Shown piece by piece: positions 1-12,319 of a stretch of 64,000 nt of DNA. The stretch comes from Chiloscyllium plagiosum. Lineage: Eukaryota. Both the position numbers and the translations under genes were made by a program. The stretch is taken from NCBI RefSeq assembly GCF_004010195.1, contig NC_057752.1, forward strand, positions 1,942,878 to 2,006,877, read 5' to 3'. The notes below the pieces were generated by a model. It searched no databases, was not told where the DNA came from, and worked only from the letters and a program-made list of their open reading frames with translations. Position 1 is the first letter of the stretch, and each line of letters starts with the position of its first letter.

Positions 1-320
1 ACACAGCAAGCCAGGCAGCATCAGGAGGGACAGGCAGGAGACTGGAGGAACACAGCAAGCCAGGCAGCATCAGAAGGGACAGGCAGGAGACTGGAGGAAC
101 ACAGCAAGCCAGGCAGCATCAGGAGGGACAGGCAGGAGGCTGGAAGAACACAGCAAGCCAGGCAGCATCAGGAGGGAGTGGCAGGAGACTGGGGGAACAC
201 AGCAAGCCAGGCAGCATCAGGGGCGACAGGCAGGAGACTGGAAGAACACAGCAAGGCAGGCAGCATCAGGAGGGACAGGCAGGAGGCTGGGGGAACACAG
301 CAAGCCAGGCAGCATCAGGA
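1..320. repeat. 49-bp tandem repeat (~6.5 copies, runs off the left edge) derived from a Penelope terminal segment
   Basis: Unit ACACAGCAAGCCAGGCAGCATCAGGAGGGACAGGCAGGAGACTGGAGGA recurs with period 49. Its core resembles GCTGGAAAAGCACAGCAGGTCAGGCAGCATC in the Penelope-end fragments at 20780, 38043 and (reverse) 26910-26945. Confidence 0.9.
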
Positions 321-1548
321 GGTGAAGAAGTTGACATTTTGGGTGTAACACTTTTTCAGGACTGGGGGTGGGTGCAGGGGGATCTGCAGACAAAGGGGGT
401 GCCAGAGACAGGGTGGTGAAGTGGGGCTAGGTGAAGAAAGGTAGAGGGTATGACTTGGTTGGTCAATGGGAGGAATTAATCTGATTGGTGGCAGGGAGCA
501 GTGGCCGGGAGGGGGAGGGGCTGGGAAAGGAGTTGTGGGAATGGGGAGGGAAGTTAATTGAGTCTCCTGCCTGTCCCTTCTGATGCTGCCTGGCTTGCTG
601 TGTTCTTCCAGCCTCCTGCCTGTCCCTGCTGCCAATTAATCTGATTGGTGGCAGGGAGCAGTGGCCGGGAGGGGGAGGGGCTGGGAAAGGAGTTGTGGGA
701 ATGGGGAGGGAAGTTAATTGAAATTGGAGAACTGAATGTTGAGTCCTGGACTACACCTCCTCCCACCCAGTATCCCACGAGAACTCCACCCCATTCTCAC
801 AATTCCTCCGCCTCCTCCGCATCTGCTCGGACAAGGAGACATTCTAGATGTCTTCCTATTTTGAACAACATACTTTTCCTCCCTCTGCCATCCAGACAGC
901 CCTTCACCACACAACCTCCATTCCCTGTTCCACTGCTCTAAACCCCCCCTCCAAACACAATAAAGATAGAGTCCCCCTTGTCCTCATCTACCACCCCACC
1001 AGTCTCCGCATCGAATGCATCATCCTCAAACATTTCCGCCAACTCTAACTAGACCCACCACCAAGAACATCTTTCCCTTCCCACCGCTCTCTGCCTTCCG
1101 CAAGGACCATTCCCTTTGACAGTCCTTGGTTCACGCCACCCCCACCACTGAGCCCCCAGGTACCTTCCCCTGCAACCGGAAACAATGCAAAATTTGCTGG
1201 TACACCACCCCCCTCACCTCCATCCAGGGCCCTAAACAGTCCTTGGAGGTGAGACAGAGGTTCACCTGCCTCTCTTCCAACCTAGTTTACTGCATCATGT
1301 GCTCCCTATGTGGTCTTCTCTACATCGTGGAGACCAAACATAAACTGAGGGAACGGCTCACCAAACATCTCAGCCGAGCCCACAGGGGTCGACTGGACCT
1401 CCGAGTCACCACCCATTTTAATTCCCCCAACCACTCCATTTCTGACATGACCATCCTTGGCTTCCTCCATTGCCAAAACAAACCACAGCTCCTATTAGAG
1501 AATAACACCTCATCTTCCACTTGAGCACCCCACAGCCTAGAGGACTCC
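321..1548 (+). mobile_element. Penelope-like element relic: inverted 3' terminal segment (321-748, minus) plus RT C-terminus and GIY-YIG endonuclease (750-1548, plus)
   Basis: ORF 1126-1524 reads PGTFPCNRKQCKIC...RFTCLSSNLVYCIMCSLCGLLYIVET...RERLTKH...HFN, a GIY-YIG domain with Cys motifs. The body stops at GGACTC (1547), and its expected continuation GGACTCAACATTCAGTTCTCCAATTTC is on the minus strand at 720-747. Frameshifted. Confidence 0.85.
331..360 (-). ncRNA. Degenerate Penelope minimal hammerhead ribozyme motif
   Basis: Minus strand CTGAAAA-AGTGTTACACCC-AAAA-TGTC occupies the same position as the CTGATGA...GAAA motif at 26868. Both core boxes are mutated. Confidence 0.5.
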
Positions 1549-4500
1549 TGGAAAGAGCGAATTTTCTTATGAGGAAAGGCTGGACAGGCTAGGCCGGTAT
1601 CCTCTGGAGTTTAAAAGAGTCAGAAGTAACTTGATTGAAAGACATAAAATCCTGAGGGGACTTGACATGGTGGATGTGGAAAGGATGTTTCCTCTTATTG
1701 AACATAGAACATAGAACAGTACAGCACAGTATAGGCCTTTCAACCCTCAATGTTGTGCTGACCTTTTATCCTACTTTAAGATCAACATACCTTTGATTTT
1801 ACTATCATCCATGTGCCTATCCAAGAGTCGCTTAAATCCAAATGTCTCAAATGTATCTGACTTGACTATCACTGCTGGCAATGCATTCCATGCACCCACC
1901 ACTCTCTGTGTAAAGAACCTACCTCTGACATCTCCCCTAAACCTTCCTCCAATCACCTTAAAATTATGTCCCTTTGTGCTAGCCATTTCCGCCCTGGGAA
2001 AAAGTCTCTGTCTATCCATTCGATCTATGCCTCCCATCATCTTGTACACCTCTATCAAGTCATCTCTCATCCTTCTTCGCTCCAATGAGAAAAGCCCTAG
2101 CTCCCGCAACCTTACTTCATAAGACATGCCCTCCAGTCCAGGCAGCATCCTGGTAAATCTCCTCTGTACCCTCTCGAAAACTTCCACATCCTTGCTATAA
2201 TGAGGCACCCAGAACTGAATACAATATTCCAAGAGTGGCCTAAGCAGGGCTCTAAAGGGCTGCAGCATAACCAAACAGCTCTTAAACTCAATCCCCCGCT
2301 AATGACAGCCAACACACCATACGCTTTCTTGACATCCCTATCAACTTGGGTTGCAACTTTGAGGGATCCATGGACATGGACCTTACGATCTCACTGTTTC
2401 TCCACACTGCCAAAAGTCTGGCCTTTAATCTTGTGTACTGTATTCAAATTCAACCTTCCAAAATGAATCACTTCACACTTTTCCAGGTTGAACTCCATCT
2501 GCCACTTATCAGCCCAGTTCTGCATCCTGTCAATGTCACACTGCAACCTACAACAGCTCTCCACAATATCCACCAACCTTTGTGTCATCAGCAAACTTAA
2601 TAACCTACCCTTCTACTTCCTTATCCAAGTCATTTATAAAAATCACAAAGAGCAGAGGTGCCAAAACCCCTGCGAAACACCACTGGTCACCGAGCTCCAG
2701 GCTGAATGTTTTCCATCTACCACTACCCTCTGTCTTCTATGGGCCAGCCAATTCTGTATCCAGACAGCCAGAGTTCCCTGTATCCCATGCCTCCTTACTT
2801 TCTGAATGAGCCTACCATGGGGAACATTATCAAACACCTTGCTAAAATCCATGTACATCACATCCACTTCTCCACCTTCATCAATGTGTTTTGTCACATC
2901 CTCAAAGAATTCAAGAAGGTTCGTGTGTTTTGATCTGCCCATCACAAAGCCATGCTGACTATCTCGAATCAAACTATGGTTTTCCAAGTAATCATAAATC
3001 CTGACTCTCAGAACCCTCTCCAACAATTTACCAACGAGAGACTTAAGACTGACTGGTCTGTAATTCTCAGCATTATCCCTATTCCCTATCTTACAGACAC
3101 AGAGTCAAAGAGATGTACAGCATGGAAACAAACCTCTCGGTCCAACTCGTCCATGCCGACCAGATATCCCAACCCAATCTAGTCCCACCTGCCAACACCT
3201 GGGCCATATCCCTCTAAATCCTTCCTATTCACATACCCATCCAAATGCCTCTTAAATGTTGCAATTGTACCAGCTTCCACCAATTCCTCTGGCAGCACAT
3301 TCCATACACGTACTATCCTCTGCGTGAAAACTTTGCCTCTTAGGTCTCTTTTATATCTTTACCCTCTCACCCTAAACCTATGCCCTCTAGTTCTGGACTC
3401 CCCGACTCCAGGGAAAAAATTTTGTCTATTTATCCTATCCATGCCCCTCATGATTTTATAAACTTCTATAAGGTCACCCCCTCAGCCTCCGATGCTCCAG
3501 GGAAAACAGCCCCAACCTATTCAATCTCTCTCTATAGCTCAAATCCTCCAACCCTGGCAATATCCTTGTAAATCTTTTCTGAACCCTTCCAAGTTTCACA
3601 ACATCCTTCCGATAGGAAGACCAGAATTGCACGCAATATTCTAAAAGCGGCTTAACCAATGTCCCGTACAGCTGCAAAATGACCTCCCAACTCCTGTACT
3701 CAATACTCTGACCAATAAAGGAAAGCATAGCAAACGCCTTCTTCACTATGCTATCTACCTGCGACTCTACTTTCCAGGAGCTATGAACCCGCATTCCAAG
3801 GTCTCTTTGTTCAGCAACACTCCCCAGGACCTTACAATTAAGTGTATAAGTCCCGCTAAGATTTGCTTTCCCAAAATGCAGCACCTTGCATTTATCTGAA
3901 TTAAACTCCATCTGCCACTCCTCAGCCCACTGGCCCATCTGATCAAGATCCCATTGTAATCTAAGATAACCTTCTTTGCTGTTCACTACACCTCCAATTT
4001 TGCTGTCATCTGCAAACTTACTAACTACACCTCTTATGTTCACATCCAAATCATTTACATAAATGATGAAAAGTAGTGGACCCAGCACTGATCCTTGTGG
4101 TACTCCACGGTCACAGGCCTCCAATCTGAAAAAGAACTCTCTGTCTTCTACCTTCGAGCCAGTTCTGTATCCAAATGGCTAGTTCTCCTAGTATTCCATG
4201 AGATCTAACCTTGCTAACCAGTCTCCCATGGGGAACCTTGTCGAGCACCTTACTGAAGTCCATATAGATCACATCTACTGCTCTGCCCTCATCAATCTTC
4301 TTTGTTACTTCTTCAAAAAACTCAATCAAGTTTGTAAGATATGATTTCCCACGCACAAAGCCATGTTGGCTAACCATAATTAGTCCTTGCCTTTCCAAAT
4401 ACATGTACATCCTGTCCCTCAGGATTCCCTCCAACAACTTGCCCACCACTGATGTCAGGCTCACTGGTCTATAGTTCCCTGGCTTGTCCTTACCACCCTT

Positions 4501-5219
4501 CTTAAACAGTGGCACGTTAGCCAACCTCCAGTCTTCCGGAACCTTACTTGTGACTATCGATATACAAATATCTCAGCAAGGGGCCCAGCAATCACTTCCC
4601 ACAGAGTTCTGGGGTACACCTGATCAGGTCCTGGGGATTTATCCACTTTTGTGAGTTTCAAGATATCCAGCACTTTCTCCTCTGTAATATGGACATTTTT
4701 CAAGATGTCACCATCTATTTCTCTGCATTCTATATCTTCCATGTCCTTTTCCACAGTAAATGCTGATGCAAAATACTCATTTAGTATCTCCCCCAACTCC
4801 TGCAGCTCCACATAAAAGCTACCTTGCTGATCTTTGAGGGGTCCTATTCTCTCCCTCGTTACCCTTTTGTCCTTAATATATTTGTAAAAGCCCTTTGGAT
4901 TCTCCTTAATTCTATTTGCCAAAGCTATCTCATGTCCCCGTTTTGCCCTCCTGATTTCCCTCTTAAGTATATTCCTACTTCCTTTATACTCTTCTAAGGA
5001 TTCACTTGATCTATCCTGTCTAAACCTGACATATGTTTCTTTCTTTTTCTTAACCAAACCCTCAATTTCTTTAGTCATCCAGCATTCCCTATACCTACCA
5101 CCTTTCCTTTCACCCTGACAAGAATATACTTTCTCTGGATTCTTGTTATCTCATTTATGAAGGCTTCCCATTTTCCAGCCGTCCCTTTACCTGCGAACAT
5201 CTGCCTCCAATCAGCTTTT

Positions 5220-5918
5220 NNNNNNNNNNNNNNNNNNNNNNNNNNNNNNNNNNNNNNNNNNNNNNNNNNNNNNNNNNNNNNNNNNNNNNNNNNNNNNNNN
5301 NNNNNNNNNNNNNNNNNNNNNNNNNNNNNNNNNNNNNNNNNNNNNNNNNNNNNNNNNNNNNNNNNNNNNNNNNNNNNNNNNNNNNNNNNNNNNNNNNNNN
5401 NNNNNNNNNNNNNNNNNNNNNNNNNNNNNNNNNNNNNNNNNNNNNNNNNNNNNNNNNNNNNNNNNNNNNNNNNNNNNNNNNNNNNNNNNNNNNNNNNNNN
5501 NNNNNNNNNNNNNNNNNNNNNNNNNNNNNNNNNNNNNNNNNNNNNNNNNNNNNNNNNNNNNNNNNNNNNNNNNNNNNNNNNNNNNNNNNNNNNNNNNNNN
5601 NNNNNNNNNNNNNNNNNNNNNNNNNNNNNNNNNNNNNNNNNNNNNNNNNNNNNNNNNNNNNNNNNNNNNNNNNNNNNNNNNNNNNNNNNNNNNNNNNNNN
5701 NNNNNNNNNNNNNNNNNNNNNNNNNNNNNNNNNNNNNNNNNNNNNNNNNNNNNNNNNNNNNNNNNNNNNNNNNNNNNNNNNNNNNNNNNNNNNNNNNNNN
5801 NNNNNNNNNNNNNNNNNNNNNNNNNNNNNNNNNNNNNNNNNNNNNNNNNNNNNNNNNNNNNNNNNNNNNNNNNNNNNNNNNNNNNNNNNNNNNNNNNNNN
5901 NNNNNNNNNNNNNNNNNN
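5220..5918. other. Assembly gap (699 N)
   Basis: Run of N inside CR1 'B', where the ORF2 endonuclease is expected. Confidence 1.
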
Positions 5919-6750
5919 AAAAGAGATTCCAGTGATCCAAAAATGTGAATCCTTCTCCCATACACCAGCTCCTCAGCCATGCATTCCTTTGCTCTATCCT
6001 CCTATTCCTGCCCTCACTAGCTCGTAGCACTGGGTGTAATCCAGATATTACTACTCTCGAGGACCTCCTTTTTAAATTTCTGCCTAACTCTCTGTAATCT
6101 CCCTTCAGAGTCTCAACCTTTTCCCTTCCTATGTCGTTGGTTCCAATGTGGACAATGACCTCCTGCTGGGCACTCTCGCCCTTGAGAACATTCTGCACCC
6201 TCTCTGAGACAGCCTTGATCCTGGCACCAGGGAGGCTACACACCATTCTGCTTTTTCACTGCTGGCCACAGAAATGTCTGCCTGTACCTCGGACTAGAGA
6301 GTCCCCTAACACAATTGATCTCTTGGAACCTGACGTACTCTTCATTGCATGACAGCCAGTCTTGGTACCAGATACTTGGCTGTTCGTGCTACATTCCCCT
6401 GAGATTCCATCACCCCCTACATTTTCCAAAACAGCATACTTGTTTGAAATGGGGATAGCCACAGAAGACTCCTGTACTACCTGCCTACCTCTCTTACCTT
6501 TCCTGGAGTTAACCCATCTATGTGACTGTATCTGCAACTTTTCTCCCTTCCTATAACTGCCATCCATCACATCCACTTGCTCTTGTAAATTCCTCATTGC
6601 CTCTAACTGTCTCTCCAACTGATCTGTTTGATCTGATAGGATTCGCAATCAACGGCATTTATTGCAGATATAATCCTCAGTAACATGTAAACTCTCCCTA
6701 AAGTCCCACATCCGACAAGAAGAGCATATCACTCTACTAAGGGCCATTTT
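5919..6750 (-). pseudogene. CR1 ORF1p (Cys-containing N-terminus, coiled coil, GDSL/SGNH esterase), disrupted
   Basis: ORFs 6256-6648 and 5919-6246: QLERQLEAMRNLQEQ coiled coil, GDSL block I, and GTND block III. Confidence 0.85.
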
Positions 6751-9700
6751 TGCTTCTTTCAATCTACAGACCCAGAAAATAGCACTGTCTTATTCCTCTG
6801 CAAAATACTGCTCCAGGCTCTCTTAATGCTTACAGCTTATGTTTTTAAGTTTAATCAAGAGACATATCTCAATAAAACATATGATCAAGAAAGGACCCAC
6901 TCTACTCACTACTGCACACTTACTGTAAGGTCACACTTAAACTATTCACTTATCTGTTTCTGGGCTGTGACCTCTCCCAAACAGATTCCTCCAAGATCAG
7001 TTAAGAATTTCACTGTTTGTTAATTTTCCCAACCGCACTCCGATGTCCAGCCATACATGAATTCAAACAGCAAAGGCAGTAACTGCGCAGGTTCACTGTG
7101 TGTCAGTTAGCAGTGTGGGTTTCATTCTCTCTCTCCTGCATTACCTGACCATGTGCTGCCCTTGTCTGTTCCTCTCCCTTCTAAATGTGTTGTTGCTTTT
7201 GACTTTTTTCCCCAAAGTTCCAAAACAATGCAATAGCATATAAAACTGTAATTGTTGCCCCTAGAATTTGAGGAAATCACCTCCAACACCTAAAATATCT
7301 CAAAAAAAGAGCAGCTTGTTACAGCCAGAAAATTTTCGCATCCTCCATCTTGGATTACAAAGGAATAACATTTGCCACTCTCAAATCATCTGGCACGGCT
7401 CCAGTGTACAGTGAGGATGCAAAGACCATCGCCAAAGGCGCGGATATCTCTTCCCTCACTTCCTGTTGCAACCTTGGGTCTATCCCATCTGGCCCAGGGG
7501 ACTTATCTATCTTTATGTTTTCCAAAGTTTTCAGCACATCCTCCTTCTTAACATCAACCTGTCCTCAGAAATGTCAAGGTCCCTCTCAGTAGCGAATACT
7601 GAAGCAAAGTATTCAATGAAGACCTCCCCTACCTCCTCCAACCCCAGGCACAAGTTCCCTCTACTATCCCTGATTACCTATCCTCACTCTGGCCATCCTC
7701 TTGTTCCTCACACAAGTCTAAATGCCTTAGCGTTTTCCTTAATCCTACCCACTAAAGCTTTTTAATGTCCCCTTCTGGCTCTTAAGTCCATTCTTCAGTT
7801 CCTTCCTGGCTACCTTGTAACCCTTTGGAGCCCTGTCTGATCATTGCCTCCTCAACCTTAAGTAAGCTTCCTTCTTCCTCTTGATTAAATGTTCCACATC
7901 CGTTGTCACCCAAGGTTCCTTCACCCTACCATCCCTTCCTTGCCTCAGAGGGACAAACCTGTTCAGCACTATCAGCAAGTGCTCCCTAAACAACCTCCAC
8001 ATTTCTGTCGTGCATTTCCCTGAGAACATCTGTTCCCAATTTGGGTGCCCCAGTTCCTGCCTAATATCATAGTAATTCCCCCTCCCCCAATTAAATACTT
8101 TCCCATACCGTCTGCTCCTATCCCTCTCCATGAGTATAGTAAAGGGCATGGAGTTGTGATCACTATCACCGAAATGCTCTCCCACCAAGAGATCTGACAG
8201 CTGGCTTGGTTCGTTGCCAAGCACCAAATCCAATATGGCCTCCCCTCTAGTCGGCCTATCTACATATTGAGTTAGGAATCCTTCCAGGACACACCCATAA
8301 CAACAACCCTGTTTCTTCTGCACCTTTCCAAAATCTGCCTCCCAATTTGCTCCTCGATGTTTCTGTTGCAATTTGTGGGGGGAGGGGGGGCATCTGTGGA
8401 AAACTCCCAATAAAGTGACTGCTCCTTTCCTGTTTCTGACTGCCACCCATACTGACTCTGTAGACAAACCCTCCTCGACCACCTACCTTTCTGCAGCTGT
8501 GACATTATCCCTGATTAGCAATGCCACTCACCCACCTCTTTTGACTCCCCCTCTATTCCTTTTGAAACATCTAAACCCTGGAAGATCCAACAACCATTCC
8601 TCCCCCTATGATATCCAAGTATCCGTAATATCCATAACATCATAGTTCCAAGTACTGATCCATGCTCTAAGTTCATCACCCTTATTCCTGATACTTCTTA
8701 CATTAAAATAGACACTTCAACTCATCACACTGACTGCAACTTTGCCCTATCAAATATCTATCCCTCCTCACAGACTCTCTGCACGCCGTATCTGCTGTTC
8801 ACTAGTTACTCCATCCTGAGATCTGGAGCTCTGGTTCCCATTCCCCTGCCAATCTCGTTTAAACACTCCTGAAGAGCTCTAGCAAACCTCCTGCCCGGAT
8901 ATTGGTGCCCCTCCAAATCAGGTGTAACCCTTCCTTCATGTACAGGTCCCACCTTCCCCAGAAGGTATCCCAATGATCCAAATATCTGATACCTGGCCTC
9001 TCTCTTGTGGGAGAATCTAGAATTAGGGGTCATTGTTTAAAAATAAGGAGTCACCCATTTAAGATAAAAGTGAGGAAATGTTTTTTCCCTCTGAGGGTCG
9101 AGAGTCTTTGGAATTCCCTTCCTCAAAAGGCAGTGGATGCAGAATCGTTCAATGTGTTTAAGGCAGAGGGAGATAGATTCTTGATGACCAAGGGGGATGA
9201 AAGAATTTCGGGGGATATGCAGGAATGTAGAGATGAGGTTAAAATCAGATCAGCCGCGATCTTATTGAATGGCAGAACAAGCTCAAAGGGCCGAGTGGTC
9301 TACTCTTGTTATTTGTTTGTATTGTCCTGCACTACGAACCAAAGTCCATTATTAAGACTTTTCAATGTATGTTTCAAAAAAGAATACAAGCCAATGAATT
9401 TCTTTCAAATTGGTTTTCTTATCATCACCGTGGGACCTGATTTCTGGACGTAAATGTTCTCCAGTGCCATTTATAAATCAAAGCCAGGTTATATGAGGAA
9501 CCATTGCTGAGCCACAATCATAGAATATTATGAGGTAGGTTGTTAAAGTGCATTTGATCCTGTGAAAAGACTTGAAGAATTGCCAGATTAGCATTCATCA
9601 ACAGATTAGTAAGGAAAAGAAAATCATGTTTAATATTACTATCAATGGCTTTCATCTCTGTATGATTGTAGGGTCCCTCTTTGCTCCATGATTGATTGTT

Positions 9701-9877
9701 GGACCAATTTCAGAACTGGAGGAGAGGCAAGCACCCAGGATTGTTATTGAGCAATGTTTGGGGATGGGGAGTGATGGGCAAGCAATCAAACAAAGTGATT
9801 GATAGCAGCACTGGGAGAATGCCAGGCTCCCATGCTGAGTAGCATCAGCAGTCAGTATATGTTGGAAACACAGAAGC

Positions 9878-10415
9878 ACAGAAAATACGAGTAGACCATT
9901 CAGCCCTTCAACCTAGTCCAGCAGTAAACATGATCATAGCTGATCATCCAACTCAGTCGTCTGTTCCCACTTTCTCCCCAAACCCTTTGAACCCTTTAAC
10001 CCTAAGAACTATATCCAACTCCTTCTTGAAAACATTCAATGTTTTGACTTCAACTGCTTTCTATGACAGACAATTCCACAGGCTTTCACTCTCAGGGGAA
10101 AGAAATTTCTCCTCATTTCAGTCCTAAATAGTCTACCCCATACCCTTAGACTTTGACCTTTGGTTCTGGACTCGCTGGTCATTGGGAACATCCTTCCTGT
10201 GTAGTCCTGTTAGAATTTTATAAATTGCTATGGGATTTCCCCCACCCCCACCTCCCATTCTACTGAATGCCAATGAATATAATCCTAACTGATCCAGTCT
10301 CTCTTCATAGGTCAGTCCTATGGAGGAATCAGTCTGGCAAACCTTTGCTTAATTCCCTCAATCGCCAGAACATCATTTCTCAGAGGAGACCAAACCTGCA
10401 CACAATACTCCAGGT
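9878..10415 (-). mobile_element. CR1 LINE 3' fragment, degraded
   Basis: Tail ACAGAAAATACGAGTAGACCATTCAGCCC, plus remnants of the RNFF..RVV.LWN and LEYCVQ.WSP motifs on the minus strand. Confidence 0.8.
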
Positions 10416-11290
10416 TAGGTAAATAGGAACCAGATCTGGCTGAGAGGCTGGGACAAGCCCACCTCTGCAGGGCCAGGAGCCACAAGCAGATTTAGAGACC
10501 CACTAGGGAATAAGGTCATGCCTTCTGCCCGCACCTCTCTGTTTCCCAGACCTATCAACCAATCACATTGCTCTCACCCCACCAGTCCCAGCATAACCTC
10601 CTTTATCTTCACCCAAGTGACCAGACTGCTAATTTACAACATTATTGTTTAAACTATATACCTTAAAAATCATCCGGGGAATCTCAGTTTGCCGACAACA
10701 GCTTCTGAGATGGGAGGCAAATCTCCCAGTGGAGCAGTGTAGGCAGGTTTACCCTGAACTTTGGGATTTGGTATCTGACCCAGCCACCCTAGCATCTTCC
10801 TGTGTAAATTAGGAAATCTGCAAGATTATCAACATTATAAACATGTTATTGAAACAGAATACATTATGAAGACACACTACCCACAATTTATATCCCTCTG
10901 TGGTATGACTATCAGTCACTTTGAATTTTGCTGCTTGTGACTGCTCAGCCCAGCCCACACATAGAATATAAATCACACTCTACAGGTATTCATATCTAAC
11001 TCTACACATTAGCTGAATTCACAATCTCTAGCATAAATATTGTCTGATTTCAGCAAGATAATTATTTTCGTCTTCCAGTAATTTTTTTTAAAGTGTTATT
11101 AACCTTAGAAGGGTAAGACCATTTGTTTTTAAACATAGACAATTCCCTTGGTTCTGATAGAAAATGAAATAGATATATCTCGTGGGAAGATGTAAAGGAT
11201 AGAAAAACAGAAACAAAAAACTAAGGCTGGATTCATTGGAGCAGAAAAGCTAGAAGTAGGATCTAATAGGAATGTTCCATGTTATAAAAG

Positions 11291-11597
11291 GATTAGATTC
11301 CCTACAGTATGGAAACAGGCCCTTCGGCCCAACAAGTCCACACCGACCCTCTGAAGAGTAACCCACCCAGACCCATTCCCCTATCCTATATTTATCACTG
11401 ACTAATACACCTAATACTACAGGCAATTTAGCATGGCCAATTCACCTGACCTGCACATCTTTTGGATTGTGGAAGGAAACCCACATAAACACGGGGAGAA
11501 TATGCAAACTCCACACAGTCACCCAAGGAAGGAATCAAACCCAGGTCCCTGGCACTGTGCAGCAGTAGGGCTAATCATTGAGCCACCATGCCACCCC
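11291..11597 (-). mobile_element. HE1-type V-SINE
   Basis: On the minus strand: tRNA-like head, V-domain GTGTGGAGTTTGCATATTCTCCCCGTG, CR1-like tail GGGCCGAAGGGCCTGTTTCC and (TAATC)n end. Confidence 0.85.
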
Positions 11598-12319
11598 ATG
11601 CCAGATTCAATGACATGAATGACTATTGGACAGTGAATTAATAATTGGTGGGGGACTTAATGTGGATTAATACAAGAAAGCATAAAATGGAGGGAAGAAG
11701 AAATATTTTCAATTCTAAAGGTGAGTATGGATGTTCACTGCATTACTGCAAGTAGTTAATTAAACTGAGACAATCATGATATTGAAGAGGGGATGAGATA
11801 AACACTTTAAGAATAAAATTATTAAAGAGAAACAGATATGCATAAGGACAATGTGCTTTATCTTGTGCTTTCAGCCAGTGCTGATAGTTGTATGTTGAGA
11901 CACTTGTGTGGAGTATTTCAGGCTGTGGGCGTCTGCACTGTCCTGTGACTGCTTTCCCCTTATCCAGAAGTAAGACTCTTCACCTCCTTACTATCATGCT
12001 CCTTCAGTTCCATTTGTACATAGTAGATTCTCAAATACGACTCTGTAGGATAGTTTCTGAGATCTCTCTCCTCACATTGTCATTTGAGACTGAAGTCTTT
12101 TCTCTCACTGATGTCAGTCATGCGATAAGTTACACCATTATGATTTATATGAATCTCATTACACTGCATCACACCCCTTCCCCCAGTTTTTCTCTACTTG
12201 GTTTACATTTTCCAGTTGTTCACTTTTGCTTACATCCACAGTCTTGCATAGTCTCACATCATTATTACCACTATCACACCATTTCCCATCCCCCTCAAAG
12301 TCCAAACACCACAGGTCGA

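Larger units (their letters stand above)
3093..7357 (-). mobile_element. Apparently full-length CR1 LINE 'B' (5'UTR, ORF1 SGNH esterase, ORF2 EN/RT) inserted into CR1 'A'
   Basis: ORF1 has IVLGDSLVRG, CSLPGA and VHIGTND. ORF2 has GNYRPVSLTS, SQHGF, GVPQGSVLGP and FADD. The host CR1 reads through across the insertion (CCCTATCTT | ACAAAGGAATAACATTT). Contains frameshifts and an assembly gap. Confidence 0.93.
1697..9001 (-). mobile_element. CR1 LINE 'A', 5'-truncated, in two pieces (1697-3092 and 7358-9001)
   Basis: (AGAACAT)n tail at ~1700. RT motifs SQHGF, YMDFSK and W.MEFN..KC in ORFs 1771-3026. Endonuclease motifs PTRGEAILDLVL and SDHN in 7841-8482. ORF1 C-terminal remnant at ~8860-9000. 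Confidence 0.93.
1549..9320 (+). mobile_element. CR1 LINE 3' fragment split in two (1549-1696 and 9002-9320) by nested insertions
   Basis: The left piece ends ...GATGTGGAAAGGATGTTTCCTCTT and the right piece resumes CTCTTGTGGGAGAATCTAGAATTAGGGGTCAT (F-P-L | V-G-E-S-R-I-R-G-H). CTCTT is duplicated at the junctions. Confidence 0.85.

Noticed and set aside
5075..6246. Long ORFs of 263-363 aa across 5.1-6.2 kb
   Set aside because: Artefacts of translating through the N gap.
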